Assembly: GCA_907165135.1 (NCBI GenBank)
Contig: OU015568.1
Coordinates: forward strand, 12,586,001-12,650,000
Source of the DNA: Oikopleura dioica
Lineage: Eukaryota; Animalia; Chordata
Direction of reading: 5' to 3'
Length of the DNA: 64,000 nt
The notes below the pieces were generated by a model. That model saw only the letters and a list, made by a program, of their open reading frames with translations, did not search any database and was not told where the DNA came from. This document shows, one piece after another, positions 50,101 to 62,108 of this stretch. Within the stretch, counting starts at the first letter, position 1. Every line of letters starts with the position of its first letter. The position numbers and the translations under genes were made by a program.

Positions 50101-52553
50101 CTGAAGCATCTTCCAGGCCCAGTTCGACCGGCTCGTCCGGCTCGTTGATCTGCTGCTGCCTGTGAAATCCATTCAATTTCGAATTTAGAAACTCCGGTAA
50201 CGGGCGAGAACTTTTTCGCTTTATGTCTTCCTGTATCCACAACGTATTTGATTCCAGGAATGGTCAGGGAGGTCTCGGCGACGTTTGTCGCTACGACGAC
50301 TTTTCTGATTGGTTCGGGAAAGTCTTGGAAGATGTTCTTTTGCTCGGAAGGAGGAAGGACGGAATAGAGTGGAAGTGCACGCATGGGGAGGGTAGCATCG
50401 AGTGCGGTAGAGGAAATGTCAAAGGATGAAAGATCGTCATCCATGTCGACTTCTCCAAATTCATCGTCATCTTCGTCTATAAGATCGTTAGTTTTTGGAA
50501 AAGAAAAGTTCTTGAAATGGTTCGTTTTTGGGGTTGTTCGTTCTCGATCAGATCTGACTGAGAACTAAGGCTACTTTGATGCTTATCATTGGGCATATAA
50601 TTGACGGAACAAGACAAAAATCATCGTTTAAAATGAATCCTAATCTCGGTTTATTCTTTCCACTATACCTTGGGCATTTTCGGCTCATACTGCAAGAGTT
50701 ACCCTTTTAAAAAAATTAAAAATTGAGATTGTAAAATATGTATTTCAGTCTTATTGTCATTCGACCTTGGGGTATCATTTTCAACCGAAATATTCTTACC
50801 TAAATGCAGATCGTCATTAATTCCAGGCTCTTTTTTCTCCTCTTCATCTTCTTTTTTTGGCTCTGATGAGAAATTATCCAAATCGAGCTCTTTCTTCTCT
50901 TCTTCTTTTGGCGGATCTTTCGGAAACGTTTCTGATAACATTTTTACAAGTCGCTTGACTTCATCCTGCCCCGTTACAAATACCAAAATTGATCCAGCGG
51001 GCTCTTCTCTGTGAATTCTAAAGGTGAACGTTTATACCAATTTATTTGTTTGAATGGAAAGATATGACGAACCTGCATATTTTTCGATATGCTGCTGCAA
51101 TATAATCCCTCAATTCTGTCTGTTTGGCAAAAGACGTTGTCACTGGATATTGCCTGCTTTCGATTTTCAACACTGGTGGCACGAGTTTTGGAAAGAGCTT
51201 TTTATTTGCAATAAAGTCGTCGATTCGAAGTGTTGCTGACATGATGATTAGCTTGAGTGGGTTGATATTTCGCTTTCTGCGCAGCATCACTACACGGGTC
51301 AACATTCCAATCAGCACATCCGTGTGGATAGACCGCTCGTGCGCTTCATCGATTATGATACAGCCGAATTTGGACAGTAAGAAGTCGGAGCTCATTTGAC
51401 TGAAAAAAAAATTCACTTCATGGGCCATGAATCATGGCGCATTTGGGATACAAATGTGGCCAACTCCCCAAAAAATAAAATCTTGTCTCGTTCGTGCCTA
51501 TAGAATGGCCTACCTTAGCAAAACACCATCAGTCATAACACAAATCTCCGTCTCCTTCGAGGTCTTATTTTCGTATCGAATATGATGCGCCACTTGTGGT
51601 TCTTTCTTGCACATTTCGTAGCGAATTCGCTCCGCAGCCGAAGTAGCGGCAATTCTCCTAGGTTCGGTCATACCAATCATGCCTCTAGCGCAAAATCCAG
51701 CTTCGTAAAGAAATTGAGGAACTTGTGTCGTCTTGCCCGATCCAGTTTCTCCACAGAGAACGACGAAGTCATTTTCTGCCACGGCTTCTAAGACGGTTCC
51801 CTCATCGGAGAGAATTGGAAGTTCTTGACGAGCTTCTTGGATCTCTGCAGGGCGGTTGATCAGGACGTAATCGAGCTTCGGGTCGTTCAATTTTGGTTTT
51901 TCCTCGACGACTTCTTCAGCGACTGTTTGAGCTTCCTTGACTGGAGTTTCTGGAACTTCTTCTTGTATATCAGATGACTCAAGCTTGTGTGGCTGCGGAA
52001 GAACTGCATCGTTGTCAGATTCTTCATCGGTAGAAACATCCGAAGATTCGACCTCTTCTTTCTCTCCCTCTTGCTCCAGTTTTGCTCTTTTCGCCCCTCT
52101 GATCGCATTAATCTTCTCCTCCTTCAAAATTTCCCTATCCGGACGCTTCGCCAACCAGACCGACTTTTCCTGCGCTTTCTTGTTTCCAATGTGAGCAATC
52201 GACTGATACCTAGCCAGCTCAGAAGATGGAACGCGGAGTTCATTCAGTTTTTCAAGCAGCTCTCCTCGTTTCGCTTTCTTTTCTTTTTGCTCGACAAGCT
52301 TTTCCAAATGCTTGCGCTTTTTCTTCGACAACTTTGGCTTCAGAACTGGGGCGCGTTTGATCGAAACCGTCTTTTTCTCAAGGATCAAGGCGTTTGAATC
52401 ATCAGCTCCTGCTTCTTCTCCGTCTAACAAAAATTGTCTAAACTGTGGCCAGAAAAGTAGGTTACCTAGTAATCTACTGTCCGCCTTGACCAATGTCGCT
52501 ACAGTCTGATCTCTTCCACTTTTGTTAAACCGCTTTCGATTGCCCTTTGCCAT
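47111..52553 (-). CDS. DHX37: DEAH-box RNA helicase DHX37 (Dhr1/kurz)
   Basis: [53 protein letters not shown] and C-terminal LRTWANL..RT. Contains a 1.5-kb intron at 48365-49876. Confidence 0.96.
48390..49203. mobile_element. Degenerate foldback element with TTTCGGCA/TGCCGAAA repeats and central telomere-like tracts (in DHX37 intron)
   Basis: Mirror-positioned motifs: GCCGAAAC..TCACTT / AAGTGA..GTTTCGG, TTTCGGCARGCTGCCGAAAC twice, TTTCGGCAC / GTGCCGAAA and TTCTCATCC / GGATGAGAA. Confidence 0.6.
49218..49747. mobile_element. 530-bp MITE with long TIRs, flanked by TACTA (or TA) duplication (in DHX37 intron)
   Basis: ACAGGTTTTTTTTAAGACTGCTCCTCAACTGTGGAGCGGTTTTGAGT is mirrored at 49700-49747. 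An inner inverted pair TAGTGTGTTAAATAAG / CTTATTTAACACACTA is also present. TACTA occurs at 49213-49217 and 49748-49752. Confidence 0.92.
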
Positions 52554-53317
52554 AACTCAACTTCAACCCTGAAACACGAGTTTTCAGACGATTATTGAAT
52601 CATTTTTATAAAATTTCGGCAAACTGGAGAAAATGTGAAAATTATATAGAATAGTAGTAATAATATTTATGAATCGAGAGAAAGGAAAACGGCGGAAACA
52701 AAAACTGAAACTGAACTCGGGAAAGAAAAAAAGGTTAAAATATAGAACAATGCGGAACATTTTCGGAGGACAGAAAAATATGGAAACACGAAAAAAATAG
52801 AAAAGAAAAGTAGCATAAATTGAGTCATAAAAGATTAAAAGAGAGTCATGAAGATAAAGAGGCGTTTTATTTTGTACACTTTTGAATACTTGAAAATTAG
52901 AACACTATGAGTTGGAAAAATAAGTTTGAAGTGAACGGATTACTGGAAACGACCTTCGGTGACGTTTTTAAGATGCCTGAGATTATAAAACTGCTTCATA
53001 AAAATAGAAGAAATTGGCTCGATTCAGACTTATATTTTTCACCAAGATGGGATCACAAAAAGCCTTGTTTTATGGGGAAACTGAAGCACGGAGACTCATA
53101 TTTTTATTCAAAAAGAACCATTTTACCTTCCTTTTAAAATGAGTTGCGTTAGAATTCTATGTGGAAAACGCGAGCCAACAGAACACGGTCGGATATTTGA
53201 ACAGTTGAATATTTTTGTTTATTTTTATTGTATCTGAGATGCCGAGGCAGAACTCTCGGTCAGGAACATTGAGCATTTTTATATTTATTGGAATTTGGAT
53301 TTTTTCGTTTTTCTCGA

Positions 53318-55174
53318 TCAGTTCATATCGTTTAGGATGGAAGACAGGCTTTGAGAACTTTTCCCGTTGCCATTCTAAAAGAGGGTTGAAAGGAGACAAT
53401 CAAAAAAGGAGACATTTACCTGCATCAAGTCTAACTGGTGTTGCGTTGGCGGTATGAGCGGAATGTCAAGGGGTTGTGATGACGCTGAAGTCAGTTCGTT
53501 GAGGAAGTTTTCGTTGAGGAAGTCGTGCGTTGTGTTTGTGCTTGGCAGCGCTGTTGGTTGACTAGAATTGGGGAATTGGGGAGTGTTGAACTCGTTGTTC
53601 AGCGAACCGAGCCGCGGCAAATCGTAGCCGCCAGCTACTGAGGCGGAGGAAGAGGGGACGCCGTAATTGTTCATTTGCAACGGGTGGCGCTGCTCCATGC
53701 CAAAGGGGACAGATTCTAAAGAAGTGAATGTGATCAAAGATAGGTTAATTCCTTACCATTGTCATTGGAAGGGGTGAACACAATATTAGGAACTGGTGAA
53801 GTAGGACCCTGATAATGATGCTGATTCTCCGGCTGCGAGAGTTTGTTATTGCTATTCGGCGAAGTAGTATGAAGGTTGTTCTGTTGTGTGTTGGTCGATG
53901 ACGATGTCTGCATTAAACTGTCGAAAGAGTCCGTTTCCGATCGTGTCTGTGGTGAAGATGGCAGCGAGTTTGAATTAAGTCTTTGATTGGCGTTGAAAGA
54001 GGCGGAGACGGGCGAGCCTGGCGACGATCCTGGCATATTCCAGCTCATTCGGTTGTTATTGTACGGATGCTGAAGGATTTTTGATATCAAGGAAGGGAAT
54101 AGCCCAGGGACTCACCGGCCTTCTTGGGTTTCTGGGCGAGGCGAGTGAAGAATTTGTTGAACCAGTGGAATCTCGCTGACGCATCGCGCCAGGCGAGTCA
54201 ATTCGACGATTAGGTTCCTTCAAAATTAAATGGTAAGGGGATAGGAAAGTTCCTGAGTGAGTACCTTAGCACTTGAAGGCCTCGAGTTTGTCTTGGGAAT
54301 AGTAAGAGTCGTCAAATCCGGCAAACTTCCACACGGAGCTCCTTGTGGCGTTGAGAGTTGCGGCGGTCTTAGTCGGCGGTTCATCTTAAAAATGTATAAA
54401 AAAGGAAGAATTGTAGATTAATTACTGGTGGGTTAGGAGGTGATGGTTGAGAGTGAGCGGGCGCAGGAGCCTGTAGCTGATTTTGACCTCGTTCCTGATT
54501 GACTTGGTCGATTTTCTGATTCACCGTGTGGTGCAAAGCAGAATCAGAAGTCGCCCGTAAAAGTCCGTAGTTCTGTCCGCTACCGCCGTTCTGAGAACTC
54601 ATCCCCCAGTTGCCAGGTGGTTCCAGAAACATTCCACTGCTATTCTGGGGATATGAAGGGGGTATGACTGGAGGAGGCTCTTGGGGAGCAGAGATTGCCG
54701 GCGCATTCATTGGAGGCTGGGGATAGCTCATTTGGCCGAAGTTTTGGCCGCACTTTAGAACGGATTTTAATTGTAAGGCTTTTTGAAATCAAGAAAGAGT
54801 TTATTTTTGAAAGTAATAGGTAATAAATAAAAATAATCCGATTCCTGAGAGCCGCTGTTATAATTATTATATGGCATTTGTGGCATTGGAGCATTCTGCG
54901 CAGCGGAGTGAATATTCGGCATGGAAGACCAAAGTGCATTTCTCGGGCCCATGCCCATCCCATTTTGTCCCTGGACTCGGTTCAACAGCGGATTCATCCT
55001 CATCGGGCCCATTCCGGGCAGCGGACCACCTGGCATCGGCATTTGCGGTCCTTGGCCCGGGTGATGTGTGACTGCGCGAACTTCTCGCAGGATCCGTTCA
55101 TAGTTGCCCTTTTCTTCGGCTTCCTTTTGCTTCAGGAGCGCGATCTTCTCGCTGAATTTTCGCGGGTTCGCCAT
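53318..55174 (-). CDS. CRTC: CREB-regulated transcription coactivator (CRTC/TORC)
   Basis: MANPRKFSEKIALLKQKEAEE (TORC_N), LLRATSDSALH and GSLPDLT phospho-sites, and PNIVFT calcineurin-docking motif. Confidence 0.93.
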
Positions 55175-56437
55175 ACTGGCTGGTCCAGTGCCAGATCGAC
55201 TGGGTCACTTCAACATTTATCAAGTCTGAAAAGAAAACTATTAGCTTCAAATTTGGCATGAAAATTTGTCTCTTTTGGCAGACCAGAAAGAAGATAGAGA
55301 TACTATTTCTGTCGATTCATGGGTAAATTAATCGATATCCGAAAAGAATCTGACTAGCACCGATGCTTCGGCGACACATACGAGCGGCTAATTATTCATA
55401 AACGGGTCCGCGAGCCTATTTACTCTTCCACGAGATATTTTTATCGCCTCAAAAATCGCCCTACAGGCAGAAAAAATAAATAATAAAAATTTATTCAAAC
55501 AAAAGAATCTCCATCTAACTAATCCAAAATTAAATCATTTTTACAAAAAAGGAGAATGAAAAAGAATGTCTCTAGCACCATTGGAGCTTCTATTTTATGC
55601 ATTGATCTAAAAGCTTCAGCATCTTTTGATTCAGATGCGAATCAATTCTTCTGTAATGGAATTGAATTAAAACCTAAGAGCGTGTCTTTTTCTCTCCGTC
55701 GTTGACCGTCAAAAAGCAGCGACAGTTCGATAGAAACAAATCAGTATTAATAAAACAAGCTGCTTCTGATTCCGCCGCAAGTAGTACATACACGAGTGAA
55801 AGAAAAAATGGCGCAACAGAAGAGTCAACAAATGCGCCGCACTGAAAGGGGCCCACTCGCACTTTCAATGGCACGATTTCAAATACTTTTCTGTTCCAAT
55901 TTCTAAAGGACTTCACCATTCAACGCGGGTAGAGTAGATAAACTAGGCCGTGCTCAGTTTTCTAGGGAAAAATTAGCCTAAATTTATCAAACAAAAAGGC
56001 ACTGATACTCTTTTTTTAAATTGCAATTCCGAGTCAGAATTTTTGAAATCAATCTTAATTTTCTTCAACAAAAACAAGCACTTTTATGGTGAAATATCTT
56101 TCTTGAAACATGGCATTTATAGACCTCGTAAAAAATTATAAAGCAATTAGCTGTCATTATTTTTATCTGTCTTGAAATACCGAACCTTACTTTTGTCCGT
56201 CGAAATGCAAGAAAGAAGCATCTCTTTTGAAAAATAAACTTTCAAGAAAAATAACCTCTTTTGTGAGGGAAAATGAAACGTCAACTGTACAATGATCTGG
56301 TATTGAAGCTGACAGCTTCCGTCAAAAATAAGATATTAGAAATTATAAAAAATTAAAATATGCCCGTCCCTTGATGTAAAAATATAGGATGAAACTATCG
56401 ACCCACCTCAATACTCGAAAAACGGTCATAAACCGTA

Positions 56438-56845
56438 CCGTGGTTTTCCATCTTAAGAGCGCCCAACTTAAGAGCGTTTTTGCCAATATTTTCCATATTT
56501 TGTCATCTGAAAAAATCCCAACTTTAGAGCGTTTTTAGGAATTTTTAATTAATAATTAGAATAACGTTTATTTCAACCTGAAAAATCATTGAAAAAAATT
56601 GTTTTCTACGCTTTTTTTCAGGTGAAATCATAGCCTCTGATTCAAAGATCGTAATTTTTTTATCATAAATAGGTAAAAATGACCTCAGATGCATTTTTAT
56701 AGTTTTGGAAAAAGTTCATTTTATGCATTTTCATTCATCATTTTTTTCCCACTGTCGTCCTAGTTTGATCGTAAATTTTCCAACTTAAGAGCGTTTTGGT
56801 CTACCCTTGTCATCTGAAAAACGCTCTAAAGATGGAAAACGACGG
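56438..56845. mobile_element. Tc1/mariner/pogo-type MITE, 408 bp, TA TSD
   Basis: TA|CCGTGGTTTTCCATCTTAAGAGCG ... CGCTCTAAAGATGGAAAACGACGG|TA, with internal repeats of CAACTTWAGAGCGTTTT. Confidence 0.9.
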
Positions 56846-57914
56846 TACTTGAGGCGCAAGTTATGAGCATGTTTTCCCACGCTATCAATGCGTTTGTGTG
56901 GATAACTCTATTTGCTCAGGATTACAGTAAAAAGCTAGTGCCGCCGCATCGAAAAAGAATGCTTGAAGGAAAGAAATTTTATTAGAAAAATGAAGACAGA
57001 TCTTTCAAAAGTCTGTCTTCATAGACTATCGATTTCTGATGAACCATTATCTATGGAAATTATGTTGCGAAAGTCTAAGATCCTGTCTTCAAAAACGTTC
57101 GTTGCTCAAAGCAATCCTTGAAGTCGAACATTTCAACTAAAATTTGGCTATTCTTGACCGTTATAAACTTCGAAAGGCTCAATTCAAGAATGAGGATATT
57201 CTTTTGGCCTCGATCTTTCAAGAAAAAGATGGTGATCTTGAGTATCATGAATCATAATCTTAGGATTATCTGATGCTCATCATTTCCGAAGCTTCATCAT
57301 GCGATGGCATCAGATAAATCACCATTTTAATCGAAATATTCTCCTCCTTGATTTCATACGAATTTATCTTCCGCTGGAACAATCTCTAAGTCGCTTATCT
57401 GCAGTTGTTCTTTTGGCCGTATCTTCCGATAATCTCTCTCTATGAGCGAGGAATTCGATCATTCAAACAGGGCGAGGACTCAGTGTTCGTTTTCATAATT
57501 ACGAAATCGCGTAAATACGCCGCAGTTGGTTCTTTTCACACGATTCGCATCGTTACCCTCTAGTTCCTAGCCTCTCTTACAAATGAAAAGCTATTTTCGC
57601 AGTAAAGTAATTGGTCGATTTCCGCTGTAAAATCGCTTTTACGATGGCGATATTGTTTCAACCGGAAGCTAAGAAGAGCATTTCGTAGTAGATTTTCGCA
57701 ATCTTTTAGTATATCGAATTTTCTAGGGCAACATAAAACTGTCAACCTTGAGGTAACAGGAGATTCATGAACGATTCTGAGTTAATTTCTCTGTCTAAGG
57801 TCAAAAAGGCCTATTTCTTTAGGGGCGATAATCCTTTTAAATTGCTTGGAGGTTGAGCAGCTCAGTGGATTATTGAAAATTTCGACTCGAAAATATTTTT
57901 TTCTTTCATTTTTT

Positions 57915-58010
57915 CTCTAGATCTCGAGCGCGCGCGAACCCAGGGCTTGGGAGGAGGGGCGAACGCGACAGCTGATTGGACGCGCCAGCTCAGCGCCCAC
58001 GCCGCACTGA
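57915..58010. promoter_or_regulatory. CpG-rich promoter-like patch (candidate distal CRTC promoter)
   Basis: GAGCGCGCGCGAA, GGGAGGAGGGGCG and GATTGG (CCAAT box) in otherwise AT-rich non-coding DNA. Confidence 0.4.
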
Positions 58011-59399
58011 AGATCCAGGATCATCCTCGAGCACGAAGACGGCAATTTCCGGACATAGGTCGGCCTAATTTCCCCAGATATGTCATCGTCACCGTCTTGT
58101 GGAATATACTCCGACCCTGAGGCAAATTGATATCTTCAGTAAACGAATTCGACAAACACCTGATTTTCCAAGAGGCATAGTTTTCGCGAATTTTATTATC
58201 ACTCGTCTGGGAAAACCGGGAACTCAAGTATTGCCGGATTTAGGACTGTAGCTCATCATGAATTAATTTTGAGCCAAACTGATTTTCCTTCAGACTTCAT
58301 CTTTGGCAATGAATGAAAATCAAGATACTGTCAGCTTAGAGCCGATTCTTGGAAGAAATACTGTCCGAAAGAGCCCCTACACTTGGCTTACCGCTATTCT
58401 TCCTGGATTACCATCAATTTAGAGGATAAATCTGGGTCCCTATAGCACGAACAGACTGCTAGTCTGGATCCTGGGCTAAAAACTTGCGTCATTTTATCGA
58501 CCATCGGACGGTAAAACAACCGCAGTTCAGCTCTTTCCCACAAATATGTGTAAAAGTAACGAGATAGCCATCGTAAATTAGTGCATTTTACTACACGATT
58601 CTCGTACTAATAAAGGACGAGTTACCATTACCCGTTTTTTTAAACCATTTTATCCTCGATACCGCATCTATCCTCATAAGTTTTCCCTCTCTTTTTGAGT
58701 CAGGAAATCCGCAAATCTCTAAAATCCGACTTGATGAAACAAAATCAACTCGTAACTGGAAAAATTCCTCAGTGTCCTCGATTTTTATACCCTAACGCCC
58801 CCTGCCTCTCGCAAATAAAATTTTCCCTGGAAATCCTAGCATTAAATGACGCCACTGGTTTTCGAACTTTCTGACAAACGATTTGACTGTTCTTTGTGTT
58901 CACTGTGACGTCAAATTCGTCGCTTCTATCTCGTGGCCCAGGAGAATCTCTGAAAGTTTGTCCTTGCCGGAAATTTTCGAAGGACATTCAAAAAAATGAA
59001 TTTCTTATTCGATTTTTCGAACATTTTTCTTTACAAAAGTGTTGTTTATCCAGCTTCATTCCTGAGTTTTAAAGATAACAATACTCACCAGACCGGAGAA
59101 TAATTATTTTATTAAAGAATATTATATTATTTAATTTAAAAACTTCAAATGAAAAACCATCGTCAATAAACTGCGCAAAAGCCTCCTGCTTACGCCCGAA
59201 AATCAGCCCGCTTGGCGTTAGTAATAATAAAATAACATCATTCTTGATTATATGAATGAGAATATTTTATTGAAATGTTTTATTGAATAGTTGTTTCGAA
59301 GATTTCACCAAACCAGTGCGACAGGAGAGAATAAGAAGAGAAAGAGGAGATGAAGAGAAGGGAAGTGCCGAGATCTACGACCGGAGGAGCCGGAGGAAA

Positions 59400-61139
59400 T
59401 TACCAGCTGCCGCGTGGATCCCGGTTTACCTGACCGTTGTTTCGTCGTGTATCGTTCAGCTCGTTCATTTCGAACATGTAGACGCGAAGGTTCACCGACT
59501 GAAACAAAATCCATCAGAACATATTCATTTGCATCAAAATCAGATACTCTTATAGGCTGATATAGTCGATGAAAGAACTTACCTTTGAAGAAATAAATCT
59601 GTTGACTTCTGCCGCAGATTTGAGGGGCAAGGTGAACAATGGCGTTGAGGAGATATCCTTTGTGAAGCGATGCAAGTATGTCACGTGATCCAGCTGGAAA
59701 TCACTTCCCGGAGCTCTTGTGACTGAACAAAGCGGTTTCGTCATCTGCCTCTGTCAGTGCAATGCTTACCGAAGAGTTGAATGTCTCGTGGATACTGAGG
59801 TTTTACTCGTAGCGATAAGGAGAAGCTTATTTGGCGGGTGCAGGATTGCGAGTCTCCTTGAATCTCACAGGAGAGTACCCACTCGTCGTTGAAGACGCGC
59901 TGACGATTGGACTCAAAGGCCAGCTTTGGGATGTAATCGTCGGTGCGATATGATCGGACCAAAAGTCTTTAAAATTTTTTTATTTTTTCTTTCTTTCGTG
60001 AAATTTGCATACCTGTGTAGATAACGCTGTCAAACGCAAACAGGCTGAGAATGTTATCTTTCACGCGGGCCTGGTGCCCCTGAACGTCGATGGATTTTTC
60101 AATTTCTTCTTTGGCTGATTCGCAGGTAGCAAATTTGTATTTGCAAGCTTTAGTGTGCGTGTCCAGCTAGAAAATAATTAGAAAAAGGTTAAAAAACAAG
60201 GAAGATTTTTTAGAACAGCAGCGTTTTTTGATCAAACAGGATGGACTGGAATCGGTAGATGGAAAACTGGTTTTTCTACTGGTAAAGATGAAGTGATCTT
60301 TACCTTATCTAAGGGTCCCTTCCAGTCACACCCCGCAAAGTTGTATCTGCATTTAGAAGGTCTAAAATACGGCGCGTGACTCAGAGCTTGTACTCAATTA
60401 ATTTCAACCTTTTGTTACAGCGATGCCTTTCATGCGCCTCAATGTTACATCGGTTCACCATTTGCGAGCACCAGCTGCATTCTGTGGGAATTTCGCCGAC
60501 AGCCTTACAAAAGGTTCGAAACGGGCTTCAAAGGAAAACTGATCATGTTTGCTTGACAGGAGCTCGAAAATTGATCACTTCGGCTTTTCAAAACTTCGAG
60601 AGGTAAGAGAAAATAAGCTCTTACTAGATTCTGAACCTATCCCTTTTCGGCTGCTAAGTTCCTCATACAGCGCTCCATACTGAAATAATCAGATGTCAAC
60701 AATGATTGAGTTTGGTCGCGTGGCTATTTAGATTTGGCTGCGCGCCAAGATAGCTCGAGCTGAAGTCCGTGGCGTCTGTCCTCTGAGACGCACGAGCTTT
60801 TCGTGTGTATTCCCCAATGTGTCGTTACCTGATTTCGCAGCGGCAATTCGGACATGTTGACTGTTCTTCTTTGAGACGGGCGTCTGCAAGAAGATGGTTG
60901 AGACACGTGTAGCACATCAGGTGGCCGTTCTTGCACTGATAAAGAGCGACGCCAGGGACATCCAGGCAAACAGTACAGGAGCAGTGTCGGGTGATCTTAT
61001 CCATCATCTCATCCGGCGAGTTTTCTTCCTCAACACGTGCTCGCTTTCTCGAATTAGAAGAACTTGTTGATTCTGGCTTAGCAGAACTTTGAGCAGGTGG
61101 GTCCAGAAGCCCTTCCAGGCCTTCCTCTGTCGATGTCAT
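59400..61139 (-). CDS. CYHR1: Cysteine and histidine-rich protein 1 (RING + TRAF-type zinc finger)
   Basis: CTVCLDVP...YQCKNGHLMC...HLLADARLKEEQSTCPNCRCEI, RNLAAEK/AV and RSYRTDDYI. There is a one-base frame discrepancy at about 59963. Confidence 0.93.
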
Positions 61140-62108
61140 TTTCGAATGTTTGCCAAGTTGATTTTTTTTTCTCAAGAGTTGATCTTCTTCCTAAAAGAGG
61201 AGAAAAAATATTTTATCTCTCGGCTTGAGCTTGCTGAGCGAGACAATGAGCCGGAGTAGCAGCCCCGTGGTGTGTTTTTGGCTCCTGGTGGTTCGATCCT
61301 GGCCCCGACCACGGGCTACTAAGCCCTTGTGGACGACAGTGATCACACCCTAGTCGTAGTTATCTATGCTCCCAACTCTGCCATCATCGTACCTGTTAAT
61401 CTGTCTTCAGGACTCTTCGTTAATAAAACTCACAGAGGACGAAAATCACTTTTCTTCACAAGTTTACTTCTTACTCAGACTTTGCGTCTGTCTATCCAAC
61501 GTTGTCAAAAATGTGCCGAGTTTGCAGAAAACCCAAAGTCTGGCTTGAAAGTCTTTTCGATTTTACGAAAAAGTGAAACCGTTTTTGGTGATCTTGAGAC
61601 ACGTGATCAACGTTTTTGTGGAGCTGTATCACATGAGAGTTGTTTTCGGAGAGGTTTGGCCTGAGAGAGAGGGGCCTCGTGTCACGAGTTGAGTTTAGTT
61701 GAGCGTTGGCCAGATGCCAAAATAAGTGTAGCTGGACTTGACGGTCGAATGTCCAAAGGCCGTCTCAGTCTGCCTAGAGTTAGTATTTCAGCCTGTTTGA
61801 ATCGATAGGAATATTATCTAATCATCTGGGTGCTGAGTTGGGTGATTAAATTTTAATTGTTTTGGGTGATAACAACTCAAAATTGGGATAAAGTTTGCTC
61901 CTCATCTAAATAACATCATCTTGATGAACACTATTACCATTTATTTTGTATTTTTAAAAGTGTAATAAATCGATCAATATTATATTTCCGAAGTTCTCGT
62001 GCTATTGTGAGAGATGACTCCTCCTTGATTTCAAGGGTCCAAATCCCAGGATCTACTAGTAGAATCCAGATTCAAGTGATGATGATTCGAGTCCTCTCCA
62101 GTAAAATT

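Noticed and set aside
57000-58500. Hidden gene in the gap upstream of CRTC
   Set aside because: Only short stop-interrupted frames with no recognisable motif; a spliced ORF could not be assembled.
61270-61312. tRNA gene
   Set aside because: The T-loop-like motif has no pairing T-stem, D-arm or anticodon arm.
57341-62035. Shared 16-mer CTCCTCCTTGATTTCA at about 57341 and 62019
   Set aside because: The match does not extend; one match of this length is plausible by chance in 64 kb.
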